Of a stretch of 64,000 bases of DNA, positions 9,084-18,078 are shown piece by piece. The stretch is taken from IMG/VR virus record IMGVR_UViG_3300036399_001023. One strand, given 5' to 3'. The DNA is from a virus (taxonomy: Duplodnaviria; Heunggongvirae; Uroviricota; Caudoviricetes). The translations under genes were made by a program, and so were the position numbers. Within the stretch, counting starts at the first letter, position 1; every line of letters begins with the position of its first letter. The notes below the pieces were generated by a model. That model was not told where the DNA came from. It was given only the letters and a program-made list of their open reading frames with translations, and did not search any database.

Positions 9084-10571
9084 TTAATTCTCGGTGCCCC
9101 AATAGTTAGTATTTGAGCAACGTTCTAAGCCGTGTTCGGCTTTATACGTCATCCATTCCGGTGATTTCCACATTCCGCTCCAAACACCATTCCAGGTCTT
9201 GTGACCCTTTCCATACTCCTTGTGATTGTCTGCTGCGTATCGCATGAAATCTCGGCGGCACTCCTCACACTCCATATCGTCAAGAGCGGTCATGCGCTCT
9301 CGTGAATAGAAAACGAACGAAACTCGTTCAGCGTCAGGCGTCTTCGGAATCATTGCAGTGTTACCGTGAATCAGTCCCTGATTGTCACCGGCAATAAAGT
9401 CCCCATCACGAAGGTCGAAAGCGCAACGAATTTCAGGGAACACAAGGTAATGGCCGTCATATTCCCCTTGAGTAATTGCAGTAAGAACGGCAATACCACC
9501 TTCGCAGTTATTACCGTCGTAGTGCATCGCACAACGGAAGTTCCAGTTTAACGTAAGGGCAGTGAACACCGTACCGAAGAGGTTATAGTGCGGGTCTTTC
9601 ACGTTACTGAACCGTTCGTGAAGGCGGTCCCACCGAGGGTTTTCCGGAGTGTTTAGGGTCTCTTTGAGTGCGGAACAAGCTGTCTGATAAATATCCGTGT
9701 GGCTTACGAACCCCTCATAGTCTTTTACAGTTGTTGCGGTCAAACGACCGTAAGGGTTACGTGCACCCCTATCAAAAGCACCAATCACGTTGGAATAGCA
9801 CTTGTTTGAACGGTATTGTTTTCCCACATACCTGTCGTCGGCACGTTTCGCCTCAGAAACCTTGTCCTTAGATACACTCCAAGTCTTGGATAGCCACGTC
9901 GGGAACCACTTCGCAAGTTCTCTACCCTTCGCTTCCTTCAGCTCTACCTTTCTTTCTTCGCTCAGCGTTTTCTTGCGAAGTTCCTTCTCGATAGATTCTA
10001 AAGCTTTCTCAATTTCTGGGAAGTCCTTTTTAACATCATTCACTCGGACAGTGAGCTTTGACATGTCGGGGGAGAGAGAAGCAATTTTCAGTGCCTCTTC
10101 CAAGTCAGTGACTTGACCGGCCATCGCCTTCTTGAAGAAGTTTAGAATACCGTTGGTTACCCTTATCTCGAGTTGGGTAGTTAGTTCTCTACCAGCAACT
10201 AGGCCTCGTTGGTCTGAGTACAAGTCTCTTGCTGCCCAGCGGAAGTATTTCCAAGTTTCCGGGCTACCTTTCGAACCATCGCGCAGCTTCGGAAAAAGTG
10301 CCTTACGAAAGGCAACAACTTTCACTCCGCCCACATAAACGTCGCAGTCTTCTTGAATAAGGTTGTCGTAAGAGGTTTCGTCGGCGAAATAGCCAATGTA
10401 GTCTTTCGGGTCACACTCGTATAGCTTGTCGAGGTCGATTCGGCGGGGCTCTTGGCGAGAGCTTAAATCACAGACAACGGCTTCACTTACAGAACAGTTA
10501 TCGTTGCATTTTTCATTTCCGGTTGAAGCGGCTTTAGAACTCTTCGTTAAGTTTTCTGTCACAAATGTCAT
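9084..10571 (-). CDS. TET/JBP-family 2OG/Fe(II) dioxygenase (nucleic-acid base hydroxylase)
   Basis: CAMHYDGNNCEGGIAVLTAITQGEYDG parallels TET [26 protein letters not shown] (HxD iron ligands); LIHGNTAM...ERVSFVFYSRE parallels the TET second His and R.SLVFYQH 2OG-binding Arg. Confidence 0.7.
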   Translation of the reverse strand: MTFVTENLTKSSKAASTGNEKCNDNCSVSEAVVCDLSSRQEPRRIDLDKLYECDPKDYIGYFADETSYDNLIQEDCDVYVGGVKVVAFRKALFPKLRDGSKGSPETWKYFRWAARDLYSDQRGLVAGRELTTQLEIRVTNGILNFFKKAMAGQVTDLEEALKIASLSPDMSKLTVRVNDVKKDFPEIEKALESIEKELRKKTLSEERKVELKEAKGRELAKWFPTWLSKTWSVSKDKVSEAKRADDRYVGKQYRSNKCYSNVIGAFDRGARNPYGRLTATTVKDYEGFVSHTDIYQTACSALKETLNTPENPRWDRLHERFSNVKDPHYNLFGTVFTALTLNWNFRCAMHYDGNNCEGGIAVLTAITQGEYDGHYLVFPEIRCAFDLRDGDFIAGDNQGLIHGNTAMIPKTPDAERVSFVFYSRERMTALDDMECEECRRDFMRYAADNHKEYGKGHKTWNGVWSGMWKSPEWMTYKAEHGLERCSNTNYWGTEN

Positions 10572-10689
10572 CTTTGGTTGATCGGGAGGAATTATTACCC
10601 AACGATGTTAACTGGCTCTTTTTCTTGCGACTAAACAAAAGAGTTGACCCTAGTAAAAGGTGTCACTAATTAACATCAATCACACACTC

Positions 10690-11031
10690 TTAAAGAGTAT
10701 TGGTTGGTGTCTCGGGCAAGGTTGAAATAACGGTTAACAGCAGCTTGTATGAACTTTTCTCCCTGTCCTCGAGGGGCACAAGTTCGTTTAGAGCAAGCAA
10801 GGAAAGCTGCTTGAGTGTTGGGCCAGATGGCGAACCAAACTGTCGTACTAGCTTAGCGGGAAGACTCGGCCCGTAACCTTTTGCACCTGCTTGTTCTTTC
10901 CTGTCAAACTCCTGTGCAATTTCCTTGACTACCCACTCTGCCACCTCTTGCACAAAAAGTTCGGTTTTAGATCGGTCTTCACAGAAGTAACGTTCTCCCC
11001 ATTCGTTCAATTGTTCTTGTTTAGGTCTCAT
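10690..11031 (-). CDS. hypothetical protein
   Basis: ORF track 113 aa. Confidence 0.4.
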   Translation of the reverse strand: MRPKQEQLNEWGERYFCEDRSKTELFVQEVAEWVVKEIAQEFDRKEQAGAKGYGPSLPAKLVRQFGSPSGPTLKQLSLLALNELVPLEDREKSSYKLLLTVISTLPETPTNTL

Positions 11032-11045
11032 AGTACATGTTTTGG

Positions 11046-11074
11046 TTTAAATAAAAAGAGACCCGAAGGTCTCA
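11046..11074 (-). terminator. rho-independent terminator (minus strand)
   Basis: minus strand GAGACC-TTCG-GGTCTC hairpin followed by TTTTTATTT, directly after the stop of 11072..11677. Confidence 0.6.
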
Positions 11075-11677
11075 CTGAAAGTACTCGAATTTTTGTGAGA
11101 ACGCGGCCCTCATCACAGACTGCATGTTTAGGGCAATGTCTAGATCTGTGCTGCAGTGGATTTTGTCGTCCAAAAGCTCAGGTATGACGAATGGTTGACT
11201 CTGTGTAATCTCGTCTTTGTAGAAGTAAATGCGGTGCTTAACACCAGTTCTTTCACAAAGTTCGTTGATTCTCTTTGCCTCCTTCACGAAGTTTTCACCG
11301 TGGCCCTTAATGCCGTCGTCTCGACACTCAAGATCAAGGTACTTGTGAAGCATCTCGTGCAAGAGAATGCTTCTTGTTTTTACAGGGTCACCTGCAATTA
11401 CGCGAGAGAGGCGAATTGTTCCGAACCCACGTCGTGCAGACGTTTTGTATGTGCCAAGAATTCTGCGACCCATGCGACCATCCCACTTTAGGGTGTCGTA
11501 TCGCGACCAAGTTTCTCCGTTTTCGTCTGTCCGAGTCTTACAGGGAAGAACTGGTAAGTCCCCGTTGAAGTAGCGGGCGTTAAATTCTGCGTAAATCTCT
11601 CCAAGATCGTACATCACCGTGGGATCCGGGCAGAACCGGTGAAAGAACGACTCAGAAAGGGTCGATTTTAGTTCCAT
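11072..11677 (-). CDS. SprT-like zinc metalloprotease-like protein
   Basis: ILLHEMLHKYL contains HExxH; start ATG only 6 nt after the cassette -10 box (possible leaderless mRNA). Confidence 0.4.
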   Translation of the reverse strand: MELKSTLSESFFHRFCPDPTVMYDLGEIYAEFNARYFNGDLPVLPCKTRTDENGETWSRYDTLKWDGRMGRRILGTYKTSARRGFGTIRLSRVIAGDPVKTRSILLHEMLHKYLDLECRDDGIKGHGENFVKEAKRINELCERTGVKHRIYFYKDEITQSQPFVIPELLDDKIHCSTDLDIALNMQSVMRAAFSQKFEYFQ

Positions 11678-11680
11678 ACA

Positions 11681-11751
11681 CCTACTATAGCGTCTTACGA
11701 TTGAAAAGGCAAGCGGGGAAACCGTCCTCGAAAGGTTCGGTTAACCGTCGC
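11681..11751 (-). promoter_or_regulatory. intergenic terminator-promoter cassette; -10 TATAGT ends 6 nt before ATG of 11072..11677 (leaderless candidate)
   Basis: cctactatagcg...aaggcaagcggggaaaccgtcc..ggttaaccgtcgc. Confidence 0.5.
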
Positions 11752-11787
11752 TTGCCCGGTGAAAGTGCTGCTAGGGACTAGCAGATC

Positions 11788-12318
11788 TCAGTTAGCTTTG
11801 TAGCTGTACGTGAGCTTTGCTTGGTGCTTACCGTAATTCTGTTTTTTCACAGACCAGGACACGGCTAAGTTCTCCCTGGTCACTTTCTTACCTTCTCGGT
11901 CTTCAAGGGGGAAGTCAAAGACGTCAACAGTGTTTCGCTGAGGATTGACAGCAACGAGCAAGACTGAGTCTGGCTTATCTGCTTCAGATGCGAAGTTGAT
12001 AGGGCTTATCTCAGCAGAGTTCGCACAAGCGACCAGTGCGTTATCGGCTCTACGTGAAATGACGCGAGTGAACACTCGCAGTCTTTTACCGTTGTCCGTA
12101 ACAACGTCCACGTACTTTCCATCCGTTTCGTCAGCAGTTCGGCCCCGAAAGACTTCACGCACGAGGTCTCGCCCCAGCCAGCGGGTGTCGAGTGCTACAT
12201 CCCTCACAGACCCGTCGGGTCGGGGGCTTAGGGTGGGTGCAGTAAGGAATCGCGTAGCACGAAGGAGAATTTGTCCAGCGTGCTGCTTATCAAGGGGCTG
12301 AGCAGTTTGGGTAAGCAT
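11788..12318 (-). CDS. hypothetical protein
   Basis: ORF track 176 aa. Confidence 0.4.
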   Translation of the reverse strand: MLTQTAQPLDKQHAGQILLRATRFLTAPTLSPRPDGSVRDVALDTRWLGRDLVREVFRGRTADETDGKYVDVVTDNGKRLRVFTRVISRRADNALVACANSAEISPINFASEADKPDSVLLVAVNPQRNTVDVFDFPLEDREGKKVTRENLAVSWSVKKQNYGKHQAKLTYSYKAN

Positions 12319-12340
12319 TTTGGTTGTCGGATTGACTCTT

Positions 12341-12412
12341 TAACTATACCGTTTCTATAGGGCAGAATAAAGGGGGTTAACCGCCCTAAGGTAAGGGTTA
12401 ACCGTTCAACCC
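12341..12412 (-). promoter_or_regulatory. intergenic terminator-promoter cassette
   Basis: taactataccg-tttctatagggcagaataa-agggggttaaccgccc + gggttaaccg. Confidence 0.5.
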
Positions 12413-12422
12413 CTTCACCAAG

Positions 12423-12872
12423 TCAGTCGTGGTCAGCTTGGTCTACACTAAATCCGGCACGAGTCGCAACTATGACGTTGTCCGAACCAAACATGATCTT
12501 CATGATCGGCTCCATAACACTTGATGTGAGTAGCTTCGCCAGGGAGTGTGTGGACTCAACGTTCACGCCATCAAACTTAGGGTCCTGGTCCGACCATACC
12601 TCATCCTTCTCACCGTCGTACTCACCCCAGCTCGTCAGGTCGTCAAGATCGTCTCCTTCGGCGTTCGTGAAGTACGGGTCATGCACGCTAAACGTACACG
12701 GATCCCCATCGTTGAAGTACGGGGCGTATTGAGACCACGTTACGGCCTTAATCGCAGGGTTCTTTTCCCAGAACTCAGCAAAGTACTCTTTTAGCCTCTC
12801 CTGAGCGACCTTTTGGAATCTCTCTTGTTGCTCTGTAAACTCTTGAATAAGTAAGTCGAGGGATTGTGACAT
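12423..12872 (-). CDS. hypothetical protein (acidic)
   Basis: ORF track 149 aa. Confidence 0.4.
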   Translation of the reverse strand: MSQSLDLLIQEFTEQQERFQKVAQERLKEYFAEFWEKNPAIKAVTWSQYAPYFNDGDPCTFSVHDPYFTNAEGDDLDDLTSWGEYDGEKDEVWSDQDPKFDGVNVESTHSLAKLLTSSVMEPIMKIMFGSDNVIVATRAGFSVDQADHD

Positions 12873-12875
12873 GGT

Positions 12876-13457
12876 TTAGTCTCCGATTGGAATGAATTTG
12901 GTTTGTTTGTTGGGTGACTTGTTAGTGCCAGACATCCACGGTTGTGCAACCATGTTGTTTAGGTACTTTTCGACCGTGGGAATGAACCCGAGGTCTTGAA
13001 TAATGTGATCTTCGGCGATGTCTCGGGGAGAGTAAGTTATTCCAGCAGAGTTTGTGCGTGTGCGACCGAACATCTGCTCAACGACAAAACACCCGAACGA
13101 CGAGTGAAGCAATGCCCGGTGACGAATGTCTGGAAAGGCAATCTTGCTACTGTCAATAAAGTCGTCGATATCGGCGTAGTCGTCTGGGGAGCCTCCGTAC
13201 TTTCTGGCATGTATCCTCCCGTGTAGAAAAGGTTTCATATCAAATGTGGAAGTTTTAACAAAGTTTTTCGTCAGTCTTTCAAGATCGTGGCTGACTCCAT
13301 GAGGTCTCCCGCTCAAGCCGAACTTTGTAAGTTTCTTTAGAAGTGTCGTACCAAAACTCAGGATCTTTTGCTCGGCACGGTGGCACATTCGTGAAGTTCT
13401 CCTCACGTGGTAAAAGCTTGGACACTTGTCGTATGCATTCCTGAGTAACCTCGTCAA
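12876..13457 (-). CDS. hypothetical protein (start uncertain; listed N-terminus overlaps tmk 3' end)
   Basis: ORF track 193 aa. Confidence 0.3.
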   Translation of the reverse strand: MTRLLRNAYDKCPSFYHVRRTSRMCHRAEQKILSFGTTLLKKLTKFGLSGRPHGVSHDLERLTKNFVKTSTFDMKPFLHGRIHARKYGGSPDDYADIDDFIDSSKIAFPDIRHRALLHSSFGCFVVEQMFGRTRTNSAGITYSPRDIAEDHIIQDLGFIPTVEKYLNNMVAQPWMSGTNKSPNKQTKFIPIGD

Positions 13458-14133
13458 CCGTTTGACACCCGTCGATTGTAACCACGGGGTAACATTTCAG
13501 TCCCAGTTGTTCGTTAGGGGTTTGAAACCCTGTAAGCAAACGGTCGAAAAAAGGTCGTTCTGACCGCTCAAATCTGTCTCGGACAGTCAGCCCGTCGTTT
13601 TCTCGCCTTGAGAGCCGTCTCATAGACTCATCAACGGGAACGTCGAAAAACAGTTCTAAGTCAGGGTACAAGACTCCGCAGGCAAGTTCGTGGGCTTTCT
13701 CTACCGCTTCAGATCCCAAACCTCGTCCCCACCCTTGATAGGCTAAGGTGCTTGCGTAAAATCGGTCGCATAACACCCAGTTGCCCTTTTCTAGCTCCGG
13801 CATTATTACTGTTGCAACGTGCTGAGCCCGGTCGGCCATGAGCAGTAAAAGTTCGGCTTTCGGTGTGATCGCAGCCTTAGGGTCCTTAAGCAAGTCTCGC
13901 ACACCGGGTAAACATCCTGGCTCTCGAGTTGTAACCACCTTAACTCCCCATGGTAGTCGACCGCTGGTAACAAGCCACTCGAAAACAGCCTTAAGCTGAG
14001 TTGTTTTTCCGCAGCCGTCAAGACCTTCAAAGGTTATTAACTGTCCTGTGTAGTTCATAGCGAAATTGTTCGAATATAGTTTTGGTAACGGGTGAAGCGA
14101 CCAACAGACGCTTTCACGTTCAAGCTCCGACAA
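13279..14133 (-). CDS. tmk: thymidylate (dTMP) kinase homolog with about 70 aa C-terminal extension
   Basis: MNYTGQLITFEGLDGCGKTTQ P-loop and DRF/LID-region pattern typical of Tmk; 284 aa vs about 210 aa typical. Confidence 0.65.
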   Translation of the reverse strand: MSELERESVCWSLHPLPKLYSNNFAMNYTGQLITFEGLDGCGKTTQLKAVFEWLVTSGRLPWGVKVVTTREPGCLPGVRDLLKDPKAAITPKAELLLLMADRAQHVATVIMPELEKGNWVLCDRFYASTLAYQGWGRGLGSEAVEKAHELACGVLYPDLELFFDVPVDESMRRLSRRENDGLTVRDRFERSERPFFDRLLTGFQTPNEQLGLKCYPVVTIDGCQTVDEVTQECIRQVSKLLPREENFTNVPPCRAKDPEFWYDTSKETYKVRLERETSWSQPRS

Positions 14134-14230
14134 GCTTCACAGTAGGAGAGAAACTCGTACCACGGGGTTGTGGGATCTAAAGTCTCGAGCTTGGCCTCTG
14201 CCCGTGTCTCAGAAGTACCATGGCCCTTAG

Positions 14231-14665
14231 TCATGTCTCAGCCACGGAGGCGCCCTGAAAAAGTTTGCAAGATCGTCTGGGGATTGGGGGTCCAACTAAA
14301 TGAGAGGAAGGATCCGCAAAGCCGAGGTTCATCCCGTCGATAAGTTCGTCGAGAGACCCCGGCTCAGGCTCCCCCGAGATTGCCCTCCGACGTGCTTTCT
14401 GAAGGATCTCGTAGGCGTGGCGATTGTGGTCTGACCATTTCTGAATAAGGGAAATCTCCTTAAGGGAAATCTCCTCGTGTCTTGAGATACGGTCGGCAAT
14501 ATCTTGTAGCTGGAGTCGTGTGTCAGTGGACAACATTTGACTGAAGGGTTGGGGTACTAACCTGGAAGTTGAGCTCCGCTCAGCGTCTGTGCTCAAAGGT
14601 CGAAAGACGCCAGGGAATGTGCTAAACAGATTTCGTCTAATGCTTGCTTGCATTGTTCGGCGCAA
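14231..14665 (-). CDS. hypothetical protein
   Basis: ORF track 144 aa. Confidence 0.35.
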   Translation of the reverse strand: MRRTMQASIRRNLFSTFPGVFRPLSTDAERSSTSRLVPQPFSQMLSTDTRLQLQDIADRISRHEEISLKEISLIQKWSDHNRHAYEILQKARRRAISGEPEPGSLDELIDGMNLGFADPSSHLVGPPIPRRSCKLFQGASVAET

Positions 14666-15024
14666 TCAACTAGAACTTGAGCGTAGTCAGCCCTACCGAT
14701 GTCGTCCACTCTGTCAATGTCACGTTCGAAAGACGCTTGCTTCTCCTTAAGCAGGTCGTTTATGAGCGACCATGTCTCGCGAGGAAGTGAAACAGAAATA
14801 ACGGAATCAATTTTCATGGTTGTTGTTTGGCGTTGAGGGTGTTGTTTTGGCAGGTGGGAAGCACCACGAAGTTGCTCTACCCTGAACTTTTCAACAAGCT
14901 CCTGTCTCTCTGGCACGACATTAGGTAGGTGGAAGCTCATTTCGGCCATGGTAGCCATTATGTCTCTTCTTTTCCTAGGGGGGTGGTGCGAGTGTGTATG
15001 AATCATTGCATAACCTGAACACAA
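14593..15024 (-). CDS. hypothetical protein
   Basis: ORF track 143 aa. Confidence 0.35.
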   Translation of the reverse strand: MCSGYAMIHTHSHHPPRKRRDIMATMAEMSFHLPNVVPERQELVEKFRVEQLRGASHLPKQHPQRQTTTMKIDSVISVSLPRETWSLINDLLKEKQASFERDIDRVDDIGRADYAQVLVDCAEQCKQALDEICLAHSLASFDL

Positions 15025-15404
15025 GGAATCCCAAGTTCTCTCACAACTTTACAGTTGTCTTGGTTGTCGTCGTACCAAAGCGAAGGACGTCCGAAATCTT
15101 CAATAATTGCGAGAGCTTGCTCGGTCTTAACGTAGTGGTCGGGGCGATCGTCCCCGTCCTCTCTCATGTATAAGGCGTCGAACTTAACACCCACACTTTG
15201 TAGCCAGTTTTCTGAGTTGGCTCGAAGACGATTTGGGCGAGCAGTGGATATCACGATTGAAACCCCGGAGTCAGCCAGCAATGTCGCAAGTTGAACGAGT
15301 GGCAAATTGGCTCGAAGCGTTGCAACATTATCTTCGTAATACCACTCACTCGTGAGTGTCATGTCAATGTCAAACACTACTAAGGGGTTATTTTTAGGTG
15401 TCAC
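15003..15404 (-). CDS. HAD-superfamily phosphatase (paralog of 5744..6100; Pnkp-phosphatase-like)
   Basis: VVFDIDMTLT DxDxT motif; ISTARP; WYDDNQDN C-terminal acidic motif. Confidence 0.5.
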   Translation of the reverse strand: MTPKNNPLVVFDIDMTLTSEWYYEDNVATLRANLPLVQLATLLADSGVSIVISTARPNRLRANSENWLQSVGVKFDALYMREDGDDRPDHYVKTEQALAIIEDFGRPSLWYDDNQDNCKVVRELGIPCVQVMQ

Positions 15405-15670
15405 GACACAAGGGCAATATAAATACTGTCTAGTTTTTGAAGCAATATGTTCATTTTCGCTGCCTCGCTCACAGCCAAATCAAGCTGTCCACGTGTCACA
15501 TAAGTGGCAATTACCTGACTCGCTTGTGCCCTGAAGGTGGAGGAAAAGGCTTCGGCACACTGAGCTAAAACTAGCCAGTCTGAGTTGGGGAGACTCACCG
15601 AACGGTGAATTTCTTCACCTTCACCTTCACCTTGTGTGAAGACCTGTGTAATCGCGGAAGTATGGCTCAT
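15401..15670 (-). CDS. hypothetical protein
   Basis: ORF track 89 aa. Confidence 0.35.
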   Translation of the reverse strand: MSHTSAITQVFTQGEGEGEEIHRSVSLPNSDWLVLAQCAEAFSSTFRAQASQVIATYVTRGQLDLAVSEAAKMNILLQKLDSIYIALVS

Positions 15671-15792
15671 GGGTTAGGATTGGGGTTTTTTGGCCATTTC
15701 AAGCTGAGCCTTGTAGAGTGCCACCCTCTTCTGGGTACCCGTCTTAACGAGGTTCAGATGGTTGAGTGTTCGAGTGGGGTTTGTTGGTTTCA

Positions 15793-16029
15793 TTAGGTAT
15801 GGTGTCGCCTCTTGTGAAGTTGGTTTAGGAAGAGAAAGCCCCCTATCTTAGTGAAAACCTCGATTGGTTGCCACCTTAGGTACGAAGAGGTAAGATACCA
15901 CTTTCCTTCGGCATTTTTGTAAACTTTCCCCACGAGTACATCCGTAGTGGGGCACTTGTAGGTTACGAACGATGGGAAGTTAAACCCAACTCGAAGGGGT
16001 GACTTGTACGGGGCAGGTTTATCGTACAC
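15793..16029 (-). CDS. hypothetical protein
   Basis: ORF track 78 aa. Confidence 0.3.
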   Translation of the reverse strand: MYDKPAPYKSPLRVGFNFPSFVTYKCPTTDVLVGKVYKNAEGKWYLTSSYLRWQPIEVFTKIGGFLFLNQLHKRRHHT

Positions 16030-16348
16030 GGTTGACCTCCTCCCAGTAGTCTGATCGTGGTTTGCTGTTTTTCGTCACAACTCTGACTCGGACCGTAGCT
16101 TTTCGCTTTCTAAGCATTTCAGCCAAGGTGGCCCTGAGTTTAGGGTCCGTGGTGGTATTATAGGCTTGTTCGAGTCGCTCGTAAACTGCGGCCCGGTTCG
16201 GGATCTGCAGGTTTTCCTTGTTCAGTACCTCAGAGCTGAGGTCCAGGGTTCCTAGTTTACCTTGAATTTTGTTCCTTCCGAAGTTCCCCGAGACTCTGCC
16301 GTTCGTTCGAAGTTTCGGCTTAATTTTGCTTAAGTTGCTGTTTTCCAT
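16019..16348 (-). CDS. hypothetical basic protein
   Basis: ORF track 109 aa. Confidence 0.35.
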   Translation of the reverse strand: MENSNLSKIKPKLRTNGRVSGNFGRNKIQGKLGTLDLSSEVLNKENLQIPNRAAVYERLEQAYNTTTDPKLRATLAEMLRKRKATVRVRVVTKNSKPRSDYWEEVNRVR

Positions 16349-16351
16349 GTC

Positions 16352-16789
16352 CTACACATGCTCCACAGAAAGATCGCGAGAAGCTTCGCATGAGTATTGG
16401 AAAGCCAAGTCCATGAGGTAGTCCTCTACTTGCCTGAGCTTTTCAAGAGCCGCTTCCCGTTCCTCGCAGAATAACTCCCATGCTTCCTCATCCCTAGTAC
16501 CGCGAGAGGGGCAGTTCGCTTGGATAAGTTTCTTTCGGGCATCGTGAACAGACGCCCAAACCCCGTTGTACTCAGACGCAAGGGCAGAAGCATTAGTTTC
16601 ACTCTTCTCAGTGGCAGGGGTGCAGGTCATTGCTTTGCTTGCGGGTGGGACTGAGGGGTCAACTTTTGAAGGAGGCAGGCGCGGCGAGCTCTCGCTTGGC
16701 GAAGAGCTTGGGGCTTGGTCCTGCCCTTTCGTTTCCTGCCCTTTTGGCGGGGTCCGAGTTTGGAGCGGACTGAGTCGTTTTCCATACAT
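16352..16789 (-). CDS. hypothetical protein (start uncertain: listed ATG lies 2 nt after the cassette -10 box)
   Basis: ORF track 145 aa. Confidence 0.35.
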   Translation of the reverse strand: MYGKRLSPLQTRTPPKGQETKGQDQAPSSSPSESSPRLPPSKVDPSVPPASKAMTCTPATEKSETNASALASEYNGVWASVHDARKKLIQANCPSRGTRDEEAWELFCEEREAALEKLRQVEDYLMDLAFQYSCEASRDLSVEHV

Positions 16790-16790
16790 T

Positions 16791-16858
16791 TACTATACCG
16801 TTTCTGCGAGGCAGAAACAAAGGGCGAAAACCGCCCCATGAAGGGGGGTTAACCGCCC
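16791..16858 (-). promoter_or_regulatory. intergenic terminator-promoter cassette
   Basis: tactataccg-tttctgcgaggcagaaac-aaagggcgaaaaccgccc + ggttaaccgccc. Confidence 0.5.
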
Positions 16859-16873
16859 ACTCTCCCACAAGGA

Positions 16874-17161
16874 CTAGTTAGGGACTGGATTGTGTATTAG
16901 CCCAAAGACGTTCAGGGTTGTTCCAACTACAATGACAGCTACTACATCCCACTGCTTTTTCTTTACAAAAAAGGGAAGGCTCAGAGTGCTCCCTGTAATC
17001 AGAATTAATAGGCCCACCTTGCGGTCCAAGAAAAGCAAAACAAATTGTCCAACTACCAACGCAATATTTCCAAGGATGCGGAGGTAAGTGAGTCTGGGGC
17101 GGACACGTGGGTATTTCATGGTCCGAAGGTGTGATCGGTAGTTATTCGTCCTACGAAACAA
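16874..17161 (-). CDS. small membrane protein
   Basis: ORF track 95 aa with two hydrophobic segments. Confidence 0.4.
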   Translation of the reverse strand: MFRRTNNYRSHLRTMKYPRVRPRLTYLRILGNIALVVGQFVLLFLDRKVGLLILITGSTLSLPFFVKKKQWDVVAVIVVGTTLNVFGLIHNPVPN

Positions 17162-18035
17162 CCTTGAGTGTTTTTAGAATCTTGCTCAACCGTGCTGGCT
17201 TCAAGTACGACTTGAACTCTAAACCCTCAAAGAGTGCTTCTACACTCTGTTCAGACGGCGGTGAAGATGCGTACCACGACAAATCGGGAACATCGTCCTC
17301 AAGAGTGACCAGGCGAAGGTTACTAAAGAATGTGGACGCAGCGGGAATAACCTTAGGGTGAAATGCTATACGATCAGCAAGGGACAACTCTGAGTTTGTA
17401 CCGCTGGTGTGGCACTCTTGGATTATCTTCGCAGCGGTCTTCGGGCCAACGCCGGAGACACCTGATATGTTATCTGAGGAGTCCCCAGACAAAGCCTTGA
17501 AGAACTTGACGTCTGAGGGGGGAACACCGAAGTGCCCTTTAACACCCTCAATGTCAACCAGCTCCATTTTCTTAGCTGAGTTGAAAAGCAGCACCTTTAC
17601 TCTGTCGTTGACAAGCTGAAGCAAGTCCTTGTCGCAAGTCAAAATGTGAACTTCACTGTATCCAGGAGAGTTACGAGAAATATGAGCTACAACATCGTCC
17701 GCCTCAAAGCCCTGGGCACCCACTGGCGAAAAGCCAAGAGCTGGAAGGACGTCTTCAACCAGGAGGGAAAGGTCGGAGTAGTGCTCAACGCTGGCTTTTT
17801 CTCGATTCGCCTTATAAGTACCAGATTCTTTCTTGCGAAAGTTCCCACCCCTGTCGGTGCAAGGAACTACGCAATCGTACTCGTACTGAGCCATTACGGC
17901 GAATAAGGCGTTGCAAAACCCATAAGTCCCAGTTACCGGTGCTCCATAGCTCGTAACCATTTCACCCATAGCTCGCCAGAGAGCTGAGCGAGAGCGAAAG
18001 AATAGCGCGGATGTGTCTACGAGAAGCAGTTTCAT
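17151..18035 (-). CDS. flap endonuclease / 5'-3' exonuclease (T5 D15, T4 RNase H, Pol I 5'-exo family)
   Basis: N-terminal MKLLLVDTSALFFRS and downstream acidic clusters and helix-hairpin-helix-like GVGPKTAAKI motif. Confidence 0.7.
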   Translation of the reverse strand: MKLLLVDTSALFFRSRSALWRAMGEMVTSYGAPVTGTYGFCNALFAVMAQYEYDCVVPCTDRGGNFRKKESGTYKANREKASVEHYSDLSLLVEDVLPALGFSPVGAQGFEADDVVAHISRNSPGYSEVHILTCDKDLLQLVNDRVKVLLFNSAKKMELVDIEGVKGHFGVPPSDVKFFKALSGDSSDNISGVSGVGPKTAAKIIQECHTSGTNSELSLADRIAFHPKVIPAASTFFSNLRLVTLEDDVPDLSWYASSPPSEQSVEALFEGLEFKSYLKPARLSKILKTLKVVS

Positions 18036-18078
18036 TGTTTTGGTGTCGGAACTTGGCTCTATACTAGTCCCTGTAGGG

